Positions 37,758-48,042 of a stretch of 64,000 bases of DNA are shown here, piece after piece. Below the pieces are notes generated by a model, which saw only the letters and a list, made by a program, of their open reading frames with translations, searched no databases and was not told where the DNA came from. The DNA comes from a bacterium (GTDB taxonomy: Bacteria > Hinthialibacterota > Hinthialibacteria > Hinthialibacterales > Hinthialibacteraceae): NCBI GenBank assembly GCA_963662285.2, contig CAXXMV010000003.1:64001-128000 (forward strand), given 5' to 3'. Position numbers and translations under genes: made by a program. Numbering within the stretch: position 1 is the stretch's first letter; every line of letters starts with the position of its first letter.

Positions 37758-40319
37758 TTATTCGTCAGATTCCTCAAATTCTGAAGCAATTTCTTCAGTT
37801 TCTTGGTCATCCACTTCATCTTCAAGCAATTCAGTCTCTTGGTCTTCCACTTCATCCTCAAGCAATTCCGGTTGATATTCGACGCTTTTTTCTTCTTTGG
37901 CTTCCGGCAATTTACCTATTGCGGAAACTTCATCGGACTCTTCTAGCCGTATAATCTTCACGCCTTGAGTATTACGCGAGATGGTTCGTACGCCTTTTAC
38001 GCTGGTCCGGATGGCGACGCCGCCTTTGGTAATAACCATGAACTCATCATCCTCGACGCATTCCAGGATGCCTATGACCTTACCATTGCGTTCTGTAGTC
38101 TGTATATCAATCACGCCTTTTCCGCCCCGGCGAATCTTACGGTATCCATCCACCAGAGTTCGTTTTCCATATCCCTTTTCCGTTACTGTTAATAGACAGG
38201 CGTCAGATTGAGTTACCACCATGCCGACGATTTCATCATCTTCAGCGATTTTCATGCCCACCACGCCTCGGGCGGTGCGTCCCATAGCCCGTACGTCAGA
38301 TTCGATAAACCTGATCGCCATACCGTTCCTGGTCGCCAAAATAACTTCATCGTTGGCGGTTGTCATAAAGACGCTAAGCAACTGATCACCCTCATCAAGG
38401 TTAATAGCATTGATGCCGCCGCGTCTTGGATTAGAGAAGGATTTTAAGTCTGTTTTCTTTACGATACCCTTACGGGTCGACATAAAGAGGTAGCGTTCCC
38501 CATTAAATTCAGCTACAGGCACCATTGCTGTAACGGTTTCGCCTTTATCCAACTGCAATAGATTAACAATCGCCTTGCCTTTGGATTGTCGCCCGACTTG
38601 TGGAATCTCATATACCTTGAGCCAATGAACCCGGCCCCGGTCAGTAAAGAACAGAATGTAATGATGCGTAGAAGCAATATAGAGTTGTTCTACAAAATCC
38701 TCTTCCTTGGTATTCATGGCGGTTATGCCGCGCCCGCCGCGAATCTGACGGCGGTAAGTGGAGGTTGCAATCCGCTTGATATATCCGGTATGAGAAATAG
38801 TAACCACCATGTTCTCTTCGGCGATCAAGTCTTCTATCTCCAGGTCTGATGCGGCGTCTACAATATGAGTCCGGCGTTCATCATTGAACCGCTCTTTGAT
38901 TTTAAGCAGTTCTTCTTTCATGATGCTCATAACAATTTCAGGCGTGGCAAGAATTTTTCTATAGTGTTCAATATCTTTAATTAATTGGTTATATTCCGCT
39001 TCCAGTTTATCCCGTTCCAGTCCGATAAGACGAGCCAACTGCATCTCTAAAATAGCCTTGGCTTGAATTTCAGATAGTTCAAAACGCGCCATCAAACCAG
39101 ACATTGCTTCCGGACGATCCTTGGATTTCCGGATCAACTCGACCACTTCGTCAATATTGTCTACCGCAATGCGCAATCCTTCAACAATATGACAACGAGC
39201 CAGCGCTTTATCCAGATCATACTTGGTTCTGCGCAGAATTACCTCACGCCGGTGATTGATAAAATGACTTATCATTTCCGACAGGGTAAGGTACTGCGGC
39301 CGGTTATCAACTAAAGCCAGAAGAATGATGCCAAAAGTGGACTGCATGCGGGTATGTTTATACAACTGGTTAAGCACAACCTCAGGATTCTCGTTGCGCT
39401 TAAGATCAACTACTATCCGCATTCCTTCACGGTCTGACTCATCACGCAGATCGGATATCCCCTCAATCTTTTTATGGCGCACCAGCATCGCGATCTCTTC
39501 GACCAGGCGGGCTTTGTTAACCATATAAGGAATTTCAGAGACAATAATTGACTCTTTGCCTTGAGGCGACTGTTCTCTCCGGGTCACGGCGCGCATGATG
39601 ACGCGCCCCCGTCCCGTCTTGTAGGCGGAATGAATCCCCTCCCGGCCGCATATATAAGCGCCGGTAGGAAAATCAGGACCTTTGATATGCTTCATCAATC
39701 CTTTTATATTAATATCAGGATTATCGATCATAGCCACAGTCGCATCAATCACTTCCCCCATATTATGCGGGGGAATGTTGGTTGCCATACCTACAGCGAT
39801 GCCCGATGAACCATTAACCAAAAGGTTGGGGTATTCAGCCGGAAGAACCATCGGTTCTTCCAATTGCCCGTCAAAGTTGGGCATATAATTTACAGTGTTC
39901 TTTTCGATATCGGTCAGCAGCATCTCGGTGATGGCGGACATTCGCGCTTCTGTATAACGCATGGCGGCGGCGCGGTCACCATCAATAGAACCAAAGTTCC
40001 CCTGCCCGAATACCAGTGGATAGCGATAAGAGAAGTCTTGAGCCATACGAACCAGCGTATCGTAAATGGCGGAATCGCCATGAGGATGGTATTTACCCAT
40101 CGTCTCACCTACGATACGGGCCGACTTCTTGAAAACTGAGCGATGAGTTAAACCCAGTTCTTTCATTGCGTAAATAACGCGGCGATGCACTGGCTTCAGT
40201 CCATCGCGAACATCGGGCAAAGCTCGTTGCACAATGACCGACATAGCATAACTGATGTACGAAGTGCGCATCTCGTCTTCAATATTAATTGGTTTGATGC
40301 GCTCATTTTGGCCAAACAT
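37758..40319 (-). CDS. gyrA: DNA gyrase subunit A
   Basis: [34 protein letters not shown] (catalytic Tyr), GyrA box QIRGGRG and acidic tail. Start placed at MFGQ after GGAG. Confidence 0.97.
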   Translation of the reverse strand: MFGQNERIKPINIEDEMRTSYISYAMSVIVQRALPDVRDGLKPVHRRVIYAMKELGLTHRSVFKKSARIVGETMGKYHPHGDSAIYDTLVRMAQDFSYRYPLVFGQGNFGSIDGDRAAAMRYTEARMSAITEMLLTDIEKNTVNYMPNFDGQLEEPMVLPAEYPNLLVNGSSGIAVGMATNIPPHNMGEVIDATVAMIDNPDINIKGLMKHIKGPDFPTGAYICGREGIHSAYKTGRGRVIMRAVTRREQSPQGKESIIVSEIPYMVNKARLVEEIAMLVRHKKIEGISDLRDESDREGMRIVVDLKRNENPEVVLNQLYKHTRMQSTFGIILLALVDNRPQYLTLSEMISHFINHRREVILRRTKYDLDKALARCHIVEGLRIAVDNIDEVVELIRKSKDRPEAMSGLMARFELSEIQAKAILEMQLARLIGLERDKLEAEYNQLIKDIEHYRKILATPEIVMSIMKEELLKIKERFNDERRTHIVDAASDLEIEDLIAEENMVVTISHTGYIKRIATSTYRRQIRGGRGITAMNTKEEDFVEQLYIASTHHYILFFTDRGRVHWLKVYEIPQVGRQSKGKAIVNLLQLDKGETVTAMVPVAEFNGERYLFMSTRKGIVKKTDLKSFSNPRRGGINAINLDEGDQLLSVFMTTANDEVILATRNGMAIRFIESDVRAMGRTARGVVGMKIAEDDEIVGMVVTQSDACLLTVTEKGYGKRTLVDGYRKIRRGGKGVIDIQTTERNGKVIGILECVEDDEFMVITKGGVAIRTSVKGVRTISRNTQGVKIIRLEESDEVSAIGKLPEAKEEKSVEYQPELLEDEVEDQETELLEDEVDDQETEEIASEFEESDE

Positions 40320-40389
40320 AGATATCACTCCACAAATTAGGTCTCAGACCGGAAAAATTATTTATATATAGAAACAGCGGCCCTGGGAA

Positions 40390-40506
40390 ACATCTCTCCG
40401 ACGTACCACTGGATCGTTGGCAGGAATACAGGGTGAGTCCTCAACCAGGGATTCTAAACCGTCAACCCGACACATAATAACCAAACCAGTGCGCGGGAGA
40501 AGACAT
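40390..40506 (-). ncRNA. Putative structured RNA (6S-like rod with central bubble, or gyrA leader)
   Basis: Nested complementary segments whose G-U pairs work only on the minus strand, starting just downstream of a sigma70 promoter. Confidence 0.45.
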
Positions 40507-40521
40507 TACAATAAGCTTTGT

Positions 40522-40550
40522 ATTTTACATTCAAATCATATATATTGCAA
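40522..40550 (-). promoter_or_regulatory. sigma70 promoter upstream of the structured RNA and gyrA
   Basis: Minus strand TTGCAA-17 bp-TAAAAT. Confidence 0.6.
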
Positions 40551-40738
40551 TAGTTTGCAAATAAAGGTTGCCCCAAAGTAAAAGGAAATTGAAATTCCCA
40601 GATAAAGATATGAAATTCCCCCAATTTTTGCTTTAATACAACATAATTAACATTTATGATTTTTTCGGGACTTTTATAGGATATTTCATTGGAAACTACC
40701 GCTTGTAGAATTATTGAACTTAAAATGAGGTTAGAATA

Positions 40739-41596
40739 ATGACTTTTCGTATAAATCCTTCCCGGTGCTTTTCTTCAATAATTGCAATAACACTGCTATT
40801 TTCTTGTATTTCTTTTCCCGCATCCGCTAAAATCCTGACTAGTTATCAGGATAGCGGCATCAATACCATCAAAATGCATGTTGCAGTTCATAACCTGATT
40901 ACAAGCAGTTCAAGCACCATTCGAACTGATCCTTCCACTGGCAATCCCATAGCGGGGGACGCGCACAATTGGGAAATAATCCTGATCGACGCCGCTAATA
41001 ACCGAACTGTACAAAGAATATTTGACGGAGTAGAAAAACCCGCTTTTGCGGCCAATCCTCAGGCTGAGACTTACTTGATCGGCGATATAATAACATCAAT
41101 AAACCATATCAAAAAACAAGCCTTTATCCAAAAATCAACTCCCGGCGCCATGTCCAGCATATCAATGGTTTACGCAGGCCGGGTGCATGATGGGAATAGT
41201 CTAGCCAAAATCATTTCTGAGGCTAGCAAAACTGGTAAGTTGAATAAACAAAACGGTTTATACAACTTGAAAATTGGCTCTCCCTACTTCACGCCACCCA
41301 AATATAGCCAACCCGTCATTCTGGAACTAAATTCCCATTATCTCCCCAACAAATTAATAGAGCAAAAACGCATCTTTACTTTTGACTGGAAACAAAATCA
41401 ACCTGGAAAACTCTGGTACGTCAATCACACGCAGATGACAATGCAAAATGGCGACTACCACATGAAATATGAGCAATGGATTAAAGAAATAGAGATCAAT
41501 GTTCCTATACTTGATAAAGAATTCGATTTCTCAATCCCCCCGAACTACAAAATTCACGATATGTCAAAACGTTTGCGCTCTCCCTTCTCGAGATGA
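40739..41596 (+). CDS. Secreted hypothetical protein
   Basis: Signal peptide ending ASA-K. The C-terminal EIEINVPILDKEFDFSIPPNYKIHD resembles LolA-like carrier tails. Confidence 0.6.
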   Translation: MTFRINPSRCFSSIIAITLLFSCISFPASAKILTSYQDSGINTIKMHVAVHNLITSSSSTIRTDPSTGNPIAGDAHNWEIILIDAANNRTVQRIFDGVEKPAFAANPQAETYLIGDIITSINHIKKQAFIQKSTPGAMSSISMVYAGRVHDGNSLAKIISEASKTGKLNKQNGLYNLKIGSPYFTPPKYSQPVILELNSHYLPNKLIEQKRIFTFDWKQNQPGKLWYVNHTQMTMQNGDYHMKYEQWIKEIEINVPILDKEFDFSIPPNYKIHDMSKRLRSPFSR

Positions 41597-41798
41597 TAAC
41601 TAGAATTTTCCAATGCATTATGCGCATTCAAATCCAATTTCAAGCCTACAATTATGCATTTTCTTTAACAAGATGCATTCAATCCCTTGCATCACACTTC
41701 ACAAATAGAGTTAAATCCAAGAATATATTATTGAGATATTTAAAATAATTTTTCTCCAAAAATAAATCATCGGTTGATCCGGTTTTAGGAGGCTTAAC

Positions 41799-43292
41799 AT
41801 GCGTAATACATCAATCGGCATCGCTATGCTGAACGACGAAAGAGAACACGTCTATACCGCCAATAATGCTGAAAACATAGTAGTGGTTAATGCGTGGGCT
41901 GATTATCTTAAAAATAACATTATAAATATTGACGGCTCAGCACCGGAAATTGTCATTGGCAGCGAGATCATAACCGGAACCCGCTCCGCTCAGAAAGTGG
42001 GGGAAGAACTGTCCCGAGCCAACTGCAAACAAGTTATAATGCTATACAACGTGTGGAATTTCCCCTTCCTCTGTTGGCCTTTCATCAACAGTTTGGGCGA
42101 TGTTCCCATTCTTAGCCTATCCAATAATAATGGTAAATTCCCCGGCAACGTCGGACTGTTAGCTACTGACGGCGCTCTCCGCCAGGCTGGCAAACGCACT
42201 CACCGCATTATCGGCGACTTGAATGATGAAGGAACCCAAAAGCAGGTAATCGCCTGGATTCGCGCCAGCCAAGCCGTCACAACCATTAAAAACGAAGTTT
42301 TCGGCTGCTACGGCGGTCACTCTATGGGTATGGAAACCGGATTCGCGCACCTGACCCCGACCCTGAAATCACTGGGTTGCACTGTACGTCAGATAGATCA
42401 ACTATGGCTGGTTAAAGTCATGGAAACCATTGACGATAAAGAAGTTAAAGCAGGACGTAAGTGGCTCGAATCATTGATGGGCGACCGTGTTAAGTATGAT
42501 AACAACATGCTCACCGAAACCACCCTCGAAACCCAGATCAAACTTTATCTGGCTATGCAGCAAGTTAATGAAGATAAGGGTTTCGATTTCTGCGGCCTCA
42601 AAGGCCAGCGCGAAATGACCGAACACATTTGTTTGGGCGACGTCCCCGAAATGATGATGAACGATCCATACGACTGGCGCGGATCCAAAGAATCAGTAGT
42701 ATGCTCGACCGAAGCGGACGCTTACGCCGCCATCACCATGCAACTGATGAAATACATCACTGGCGGCCTGCCCACTCTATTCATGGATGTCCGGCTTTAC
42801 CATCCCGAATTGGACATTTGGGACTTTTGCAATTCCGGTAACCATTCCAGCTACTACAGCGCATTAAGCATGGATCCTCAAGAGAATTTCAAAAACATTA
42901 CTCTACATCCGGCATTGTCCTTCTATTTCAAAGCCGGCGGCGCCTCAGTCGAATTCGACTGCGCTCCGGGAAAATACACTTATGCACGTCTCGGTTTATG
43001 GGATGAAAAACCATACATGGTCATCATCCCTGGGGAAGTAGCTGAACTATCCGCAGATAAACGTAAGGAATTGAACAAGTTAACCGATCCTACCTGGCCT
43101 CATTCTCATACAAAACTGGATTGCTCTTTCGAAGAATTCGCCAACGTATTCCCTTGCAACCATATTCTTGGAGTTATCGGCGACTACTCGCAAGCCCTGG
43201 TTTACCTCTGCGAAATTACCGGCATAACACCAGTAGTCCTAGGCAAAACCGCCGCAAATTATTGCACCCCAATTTGGGATCGCATAAAATAG
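41799..43292 (+). CDS. L-fucose isomerase (FucI/AraA) family protein
   Basis: VWNFP, PGNVGLLA, GGHSMGMETG, NDPYDWRG, STEADAYAAITMQLMK, LFMDVR, CNSG, TDPTWPH, CNH. Confidence 0.88.
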   Translation: MRNTSIGIAMLNDEREHVYTANNAENIVVVNAWADYLKNNIINIDGSAPEIVIGSEIITGTRSAQKVGEELSRANCKQVIMLYNVWNFPFLCWPFINSLGDVPILSLSNNNGKFPGNVGLLATDGALRQAGKRTHRIIGDLNDEGTQKQVIAWIRASQAVTTIKNEVFGCYGGHSMGMETGFAHLTPTLKSLGCTVRQIDQLWLVKVMETIDDKEVKAGRKWLESLMGDRVKYDNNMLTETTLETQIKLYLAMQQVNEDKGFDFCGLKGQREMTEHICLGDVPEMMMNDPYDWRGSKESVVCSTEADAYAAITMQLMKYITGGLPTLFMDVRLYHPELDIWDFCNSGNHSSYYSALSMDPQENFKNITLHPALSFYFKAGGASVEFDCAPGKYTYARLGLWDEKPYMVIIPGEVAELSADKRKELNKLTDPTWPHSHTKLDCSFEEFANVFPCNHILGVIGDYSQALVYLCEITGITPVVLGKTAANYCTPIWDRIK

Positions 43293-43330
43293 TTCATCTA
43301 CCAATCAATATCAATTAACTTATTATCATC

Positions 43331-43368
43331 AGAGACCGGAGATTAATCACCTCCGGTCTCTTTTTTTT
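43331..43368 (+). terminator. Intrinsic terminator
   Basis: AGAGACCGGAG-loop-CTCCGGTCTCT followed by a T run. Confidence 0.9.
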
Positions 43369-43385
43369 ACGTAATTCCACACCAA

Positions 43386-43412
43386 GTAGGGTGCGCCCCT
43401 CGTGGGCGCCCG
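43386..43412 (+). repeat. REP family B copy
   Basis: GTAGGGTGCGCCCCTCGTGGGCGCCCG. Confidence 0.85.
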
Positions 43413-43521
43413 ATATCGAAACTCCTCCGCCCACCATTCGCCAAATAAACAAAATTTATCTTTACAAATCAGCCACCCATCCTTGAAACAAACCATTCTA
43501 TTTGATATTGAATACAGTATT

Positions 43522-44334
43522 ATGAAATGCTACCGAATGGGCGATTTCGCATTACGATGGAGAGAACAGGAGAGTCAAGTATTATTGCTTGCTATCGGTA
43601 ACGAAATCTATAAAACCATCCTGGAACTTAATTTCCTACGATTATCTGTAAGTAAAACCATTAAATTATACAACTCTTATTTTGAATGGATATCTCACAT
43701 TGCAAACATTGAGCAGAAGGAGATCCCGCAAATTCACCAATTTTTTAAAGCCTTGCAGAAGGTTCTTTTCATCGAAAATGATTTAGATGTCTGTTTCGCC
43801 ATCTCACACCATTTCCATCACTCCCCCTATGGTGAACGTGAAAGAACCCCAATCGGGCAATTTCTCTATAAAGCAAAACCATACAACCACTCCGTAACAT
43901 TAAAAAATTACTGGTATGCACACCGATTGGCTCAACAAATGCACGGATTCTTAAAGCACTATCCCGCATTTATGCAAGCTGATTGGATTATTCCATCTCC
44001 TTATCATAAATCGAAAAACGGCTTCGATTTACCTGAAACTTTGTGCAATCATCTTTCAAAATGGTGTAACATCAATAACGGCTCTCATTTAATAATAAAA
44101 AACCGGGTAACCACGCCCATGAAGGAATGTTTTGGGATTTCTCAAAAACTAATCAATATCAAGGACGCATTTGATGTCACAGACCCGTCTTGCATAAAAG
44201 GACGCAAAATCCTCATAATTGATGACTTATATCAAAGCGGCGCTACCCTTGCCGAAATTTCCCGAACACTTAAAAAATCAGGCGCGCTTTGCGTTTATGG
44301 ATTATGCGCCACCAAAACTATAGGGGATGGATAA
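43522..44334 (+). CDS. ComF-like type I phosphoribosyltransferase-domain protein
   Basis: IGQFLYKAK, IIPSP, NIKDAF and KILIIDDLYQSGATL PRPP loop. The ORF-track start lies inside a REP, so ATG 43522 is used. Confidence 0.8.
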   Translation: MKCYRMGDFALRWREQESQVLLLAIGNEIYKTILELNFLRLSVSKTIKLYNSYFEWISHIANIEQKEIPQIHQFFKALQKVLFIENDLDVCFAISHHFHHSPYGERERTPIGQFLYKAKPYNHSVTLKNYWYAHRLAQQMHGFLKHYPAFMQADWIIPSPYHKSKNGFDLPETLCNHLSKWCNINNGSHLIIKNRVTTPMKECFGISQKLINIKDAFDVTDPSCIKGRKILIIDDLYQSGATLAEISRTLKKSGALCVYGLCATKTIGDG

Positions 44335-44401
44335 ATTGGATGATAGAATTAGGATTGTCGAGGTGACTTATGTCGGATCACACCAGTACGCGCCCTACTG
44401 A
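44327..44401 (+). pseudogene. C-terminal stub of a RelE/HigB-like toxin
   Basis: MDKLDDRIRIVEVTYVGSHQYAPY* overlaps the XRE start, and resembles the IEVxYVGTHExAPY ending of RelE-like toxins that precede this antitoxin type. Confidence 0.55.
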
Positions 44402-44726
44402 TAAATTGATTGAAATCCAGTTAGTAGGTCCAGCGACGAAAAAGAAATTCTTGCTTGAAGCCGTAAAGGCAATAGGATTTCGCTATGTCAACGATTCAAT
44501 TCCCTGGCGTGACGCTTTCCCGGAACTTACCAACGAACGGCTACCGGGCGCGTATTTAAAGGGAATTCGCAAACGTGAGGGATTATCCCAAGCAAAACTT
44601 TCCGAACAAACGGGAATCCCCCAACGGCATTTATCAGAAATGGAAAACGGGAAACGCCCCATCGGAAAAAAGAACACCGTAATCCTGGCAAATGCCTTAA
44701 ACGCCGACTACCGCAATTTGCTTTGA
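44370..44726 (+). CDS. XRE-family HTH protein (HigA-like antitoxin)
   Basis: LKGIRKREGLSQAKLSEQTGIPQRHLSEMENGKRPIG, GAGGTG RBS. Confidence 0.9.
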   Translation: MSDHTSTRPTDKLIEIQLVGPATKKKFLLEAVKAIGFRYVNDSIPWRDAFPELTNERLPGAYLKGIRKREGLSQAKLSEQTGIPQRHLSEMENGKRPIGKKNTVILANALNADYRNLL

Positions 44727-44739
44727 TAGGATAAACCGT

Positions 44740-45678
44740 ATGGACTCAATCGCAATTCTCATGCTGATGCATATATCAGGCTTTGGACATACGACCATCA
44801 ACCGTCTTCTATATAAAATTAAGGGTCAAGAACTAACTCCAGGCGCTTTGCTTGATTTATCACCGCAGGATATCTCTCATCAATTCGGCCTGCGGCCTGA
44901 TATCGCTGAAGAATTCTTTACCTACCATGATCAGGCTCAACAAACTTACCAGGAATTAGAGGATCATGAAATCAGGATAGTGCATAATGAAGATCAGGAT
45001 TTCCCCACAAACTTAAAACTAATCCTCGGCGATTCCGCCCCGCCTGTTCTATTCGTCCGGGGCAATACAGAATTATTGAAACAAAAAGCCTTGACCGTAA
45101 TTGGAGTCCGGGATCATTCCGAACAAGGCATGAAGGCCGCCCGAAAATGCGTTGAAACGGTAGTCAATGAAAAGAATATTGTCATTATCAGCGGAAATGC
45201 CCAGGGAATCGATACTTTCGCCCACCAAACCGCTTTAGAATCAGGCGGCGCCACTATCTTCGTTCTTCCACATGGAATCCTGCATTTTCACTCTAGAAAA
45301 TGGATGACGGATTGCTTGACTGAGCAGAACCACCTTATCCTATCCGAGTTTCCGCCAAACTTACCTTGGGCTGCTCACGCCGCCATGCAGCGCAACCGCA
45401 CTCTCTGCGCGTTATCTCAAGCTGTTCTTCTTATCGAAACGGGAACCTCCGGCGGCTCATTCGCCACAGCGCAGAACGCCTTAAAGTTAAATATTCCACT
45501 TTTTGCCATTGATTACGATCCTATCTCTCCATCAGCTAAAGGAAACACCATCTTCCTTAATCAGGGAGCGCAACCGATAAAAGAATATAAATCTGATTTA
45601 ACTCTTCTTTTCAGTGTGTTTAGTAACACTTATAAAAATCATAAACTATATGACGAACCCCGTCTATTTGACGATTAA
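44740..45678 (+). CDS. DprA/Smf-family protein (no C-terminal winged helix)
   Basis: FP.NLK..LGDSAPPVLFVRGN, IGVR, ISGNAQGIDTFAHQTAL, LSEFPP, AMQRNRT and SGGSFATAQNALK. Confidence 0.9.
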   Translation: MDSIAILMLMHISGFGHTTINRLLYKIKGQELTPGALLDLSPQDISHQFGLRPDIAEEFFTYHDQAQQTYQELEDHEIRIVHNEDQDFPTNLKLILGDSAPPVLFVRGNTELLKQKALTVIGVRDHSEQGMKAARKCVETVVNEKNIVIISGNAQGIDTFAHQTALESGGATIFVLPHGILHFHSRKWMTDCLTEQNHLILSEFPPNLPWAAHAAMQRNRTLCALSQAVLLIETGTSGGSFATAQNALKLNIPLFAIDYDPISPSAKGNTIFLNQGAQPIKEYKSDLTLLFSVFSNTYKNHKLYDEPRLFDD

Positions 45679-45844
45679 TGGGTTAAATTTCCAAAACATT
45701 GAGTAGATAGACGCAATCTGAACGTTCTATCCCTTGTACTGAAACGCTGCCATTGATAATCTTGAGTCTTACTGATTGTGAAGCGTTGATCTATAGATGA
45801 CGTTTATCGGTCTGATTTTCGTATTTGAAGAAGGAGTCAGGTTT

Positions 45845-47935
45845 ATGAAAGAGGTGGAGGTTGGCAAAAAACGTAATATCGCTGTCGTAGGACATCATGG
45901 TGCGGGTAAGACATCGTTAATCGAAGCCATTTTGTACCATACGGGAGCAACCGACCGATTGGGGCGGATAGACGACGGTAATACTACCGGCGATTATCTG
46001 GACGAAGAAAAAGAAAAAAAACACACTCTTACCTCCAAACTACTGCAATGCACCTACAGGGACCATCTATTCAATTTAATTGATACACCAGGGTATTCGG
46101 ATTTCTTGGGTGACATCAAAGGCGCTCTACGCGCTGCTGATGGCGTGATTCTCGTAATCAACGCGCAGAACGGTGTGGAAGTCGAGACGGAAAAGATTTG
46201 GGAATACATCGAAGAATACAACCTTCCCCGATGCGTTGTAGTCAACCGCATGGATAAAGAACGAGCTGATTTCGGCGCTTCTCTGAAATCTTTGGAAGAT
46301 GTTCTCGGAGCACAGGTTTGTCCAGTGCGTTTGCCCGTTGGCAGTGAAGATTCGTTTAAGGGGGTGATCAATCTGATCACCAACAAATTTGAAACTTTCG
46401 ACGACAAAGGCAAAATCATCAATCAAGCGCCAATTCCTGATGATATGAGCGACGAAGAAGAAGAATACCGCCAGAAAATGATAGAAGCATCAGTCTATGC
46501 CGACGAGGAACTGATGGAACGCTATCTTTCAGACGAAAAAATCTCCAACGATGAAATTCGTAAGGGATTGGCGGAAGGCGCGCTTCAAGGCGCTATCGTA
46601 CCTATATTCGCAACAGACGCATCAAAATGCATTGGCATTCAAACTCTTCTGGATGGGCTGATTAACTACATGCCCAATCCTCTCGCCAGTAAAACATTTC
46701 AGGTCATCAAAAAGGGAGATGACAAAATCCAGGATATGGATATGAAAGAAGATGGCCCTGGAATCGGTCTGGTTTTCAAAAGCATGATTGATCCATTCGC
46801 TGGCAAAGTATCTTTCATACGCGTATTCAGCGGTAAATTCCACTCCGAGACGGAATGGTATAATATTACGACTGATCACCGTTGCCGCGTCGGACATATC
46901 CAGTTAGTCAACGGCAAAAAACATAATTCCATAAACCAAGCCTCTGCTGGAGATATCATTGCTGTTACTAAAATGGATGATTTCGAAACCAACTCCACTC
47001 TCTCATCTCATGACGGGATTCTGCGAGTTGTTCCCACTAAATATCCTCAACCTCCTATACACATGGCGGTTCATGCTTCTGATAAAAACGAAGAAGATAA
47101 AATCGGCAGCGTTTTACCTAAAATCATATCCGGCGATCCAACTCTAAAAGTGGAACGCAGCCCGGAGACCAACGAAACCGTTATTAGCGCCGCAGGCAGT
47201 ATGCAAACTGAACTGATCGCCTATCGTCTGCGCCACCAGTTCAAACTGAACGTTGAACTCACTATCCCACAAATCGCTTACCGCGAAACCATCACCGCCC
47301 CGGGTGAAGGACGCTACCGCCATAAAAAGCAATCTGGCGGCCGTGGACAGTTTGGTGAAGTCCAGATGCGCATCAAACCCCTGGAACGCGGCAAGCAATA
47401 CGAATTCGTTAACAGCATCTTCGGCGGTTCAGTGCCTACTAAATTCATCCCTGCCGTTGAAAAAGGCGTTATTGAAGCGATAGCCGGCGGCGTCCTGGCT
47501 GGTTATCCAGTCGTCGATGTATGCTGCGAACTGTTCGACGGACAGTATCATGATGTTGACTCTTCTGAAATGGCATTTAAAATCGCCGGACGCCAATGCT
47601 TCCGGCAAGTCGCCCGCGATCAATGTAAAGCAGTGCTTCTCGAACCTATCATGAATGTTCGCGTCACCATTCCCGAATCATACATGGGTGATGTAATGGG
47701 CGATCTCAACTCACGTCGCGGTAGGGTTCAAGGCATGGATGCTGAAGGCAATAAACAGATCATTAAAGCCCAAGTGCCTTTATCTGAAATGTATACTTAT
47801 TCCATTGATCTTCGCTCTATTACCCAGGGTCGAGGCAGTTTTGAAATGGAATTCACCAGTTACGAACAGGTTCCTAAAGAACAGGCAGACAAGATCATCT
47901 CTGGCAAAAAGACTGACGAAGAAGAGGAAGATTAA
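45845..47935 (+). CDS. fusA2: Elongation factor G paralogue (EF-G2 type)
   Basis: GHHGAGKT, DTPG, NRMD, HKKQSGGRGQFG, DVDSSEMAF, LLEPIM. Switch I reads EKEKKHTL rather than ERERGITI. AAGGAG RBS before 45845. Confidence 0.9.
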   Translation: MKEVEVGKKRNIAVVGHHGAGKTSLIEAILYHTGATDRLGRIDDGNTTGDYLDEEKEKKHTLTSKLLQCTYRDHLFNLIDTPGYSDFLGDIKGALRAADGVILVINAQNGVEVETEKIWEYIEEYNLPRCVVVNRMDKERADFGASLKSLEDVLGAQVCPVRLPVGSEDSFKGVINLITNKFETFDDKGKIINQAPIPDDMSDEEEEYRQKMIEASVYADEELMERYLSDEKISNDEIRKGLAEGALQGAIVPIFATDASKCIGIQTLLDGLINYMPNPLASKTFQVIKKGDDKIQDMDMKEDGPGIGLVFKSMIDPFAGKVSFIRVFSGKFHSETEWYNITTDHRCRVGHIQLVNGKKHNSINQASAGDIIAVTKMDDFETNSTLSSHDGILRVVPTKYPQPPIHMAVHASDKNEEDKIGSVLPKIISGDPTLKVERSPETNETVISAAGSMQTELIAYRLRHQFKLNVELTIPQIAYRETITAPGEGRYRHKKQSGGRGQFGEVQMRIKPLERGKQYEFVNSIFGGSVPTKFIPAVEKGVIEAIAGGVLAGYPVVDVCCELFDGQYHDVDSSEMAFKIAGRQCFRQVARDQCKAVLLEPIMNVRVTIPESYMGDVMGDLNSRRGRVQGMDAEGNKQIIKAQVPLSEMYTYSIDLRSITQGRGSFEMEFTSYEQVPKEQADKIISGKKTDEEEED

Positions 47936-47973
47936 TTATACTCTTCCACTTTATTGCCTTTTAATTCAAATTC

Positions 47974-48004
47974 AAAAAGCGTCGGATTTTTCCGGCGCTT
48001 TTTT
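47974..48004. terminator. Bidirectional terminator
   Basis: AAAAAGCGTCGGA-TTTT-TCCGGCGCTTTTTT between convergent genes. Confidence 0.8.
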
Positions 48005-48042
48005 AGATAAGTTGGCATAAAAACGTTCTTATGGAAACGCTT

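Noticed and set aside
43402-43521. N-terminal 40 aa of the PRTase ORF
   Set aside because: The GTG start lies inside a REP palindrome, so it is likely a spurious extension.
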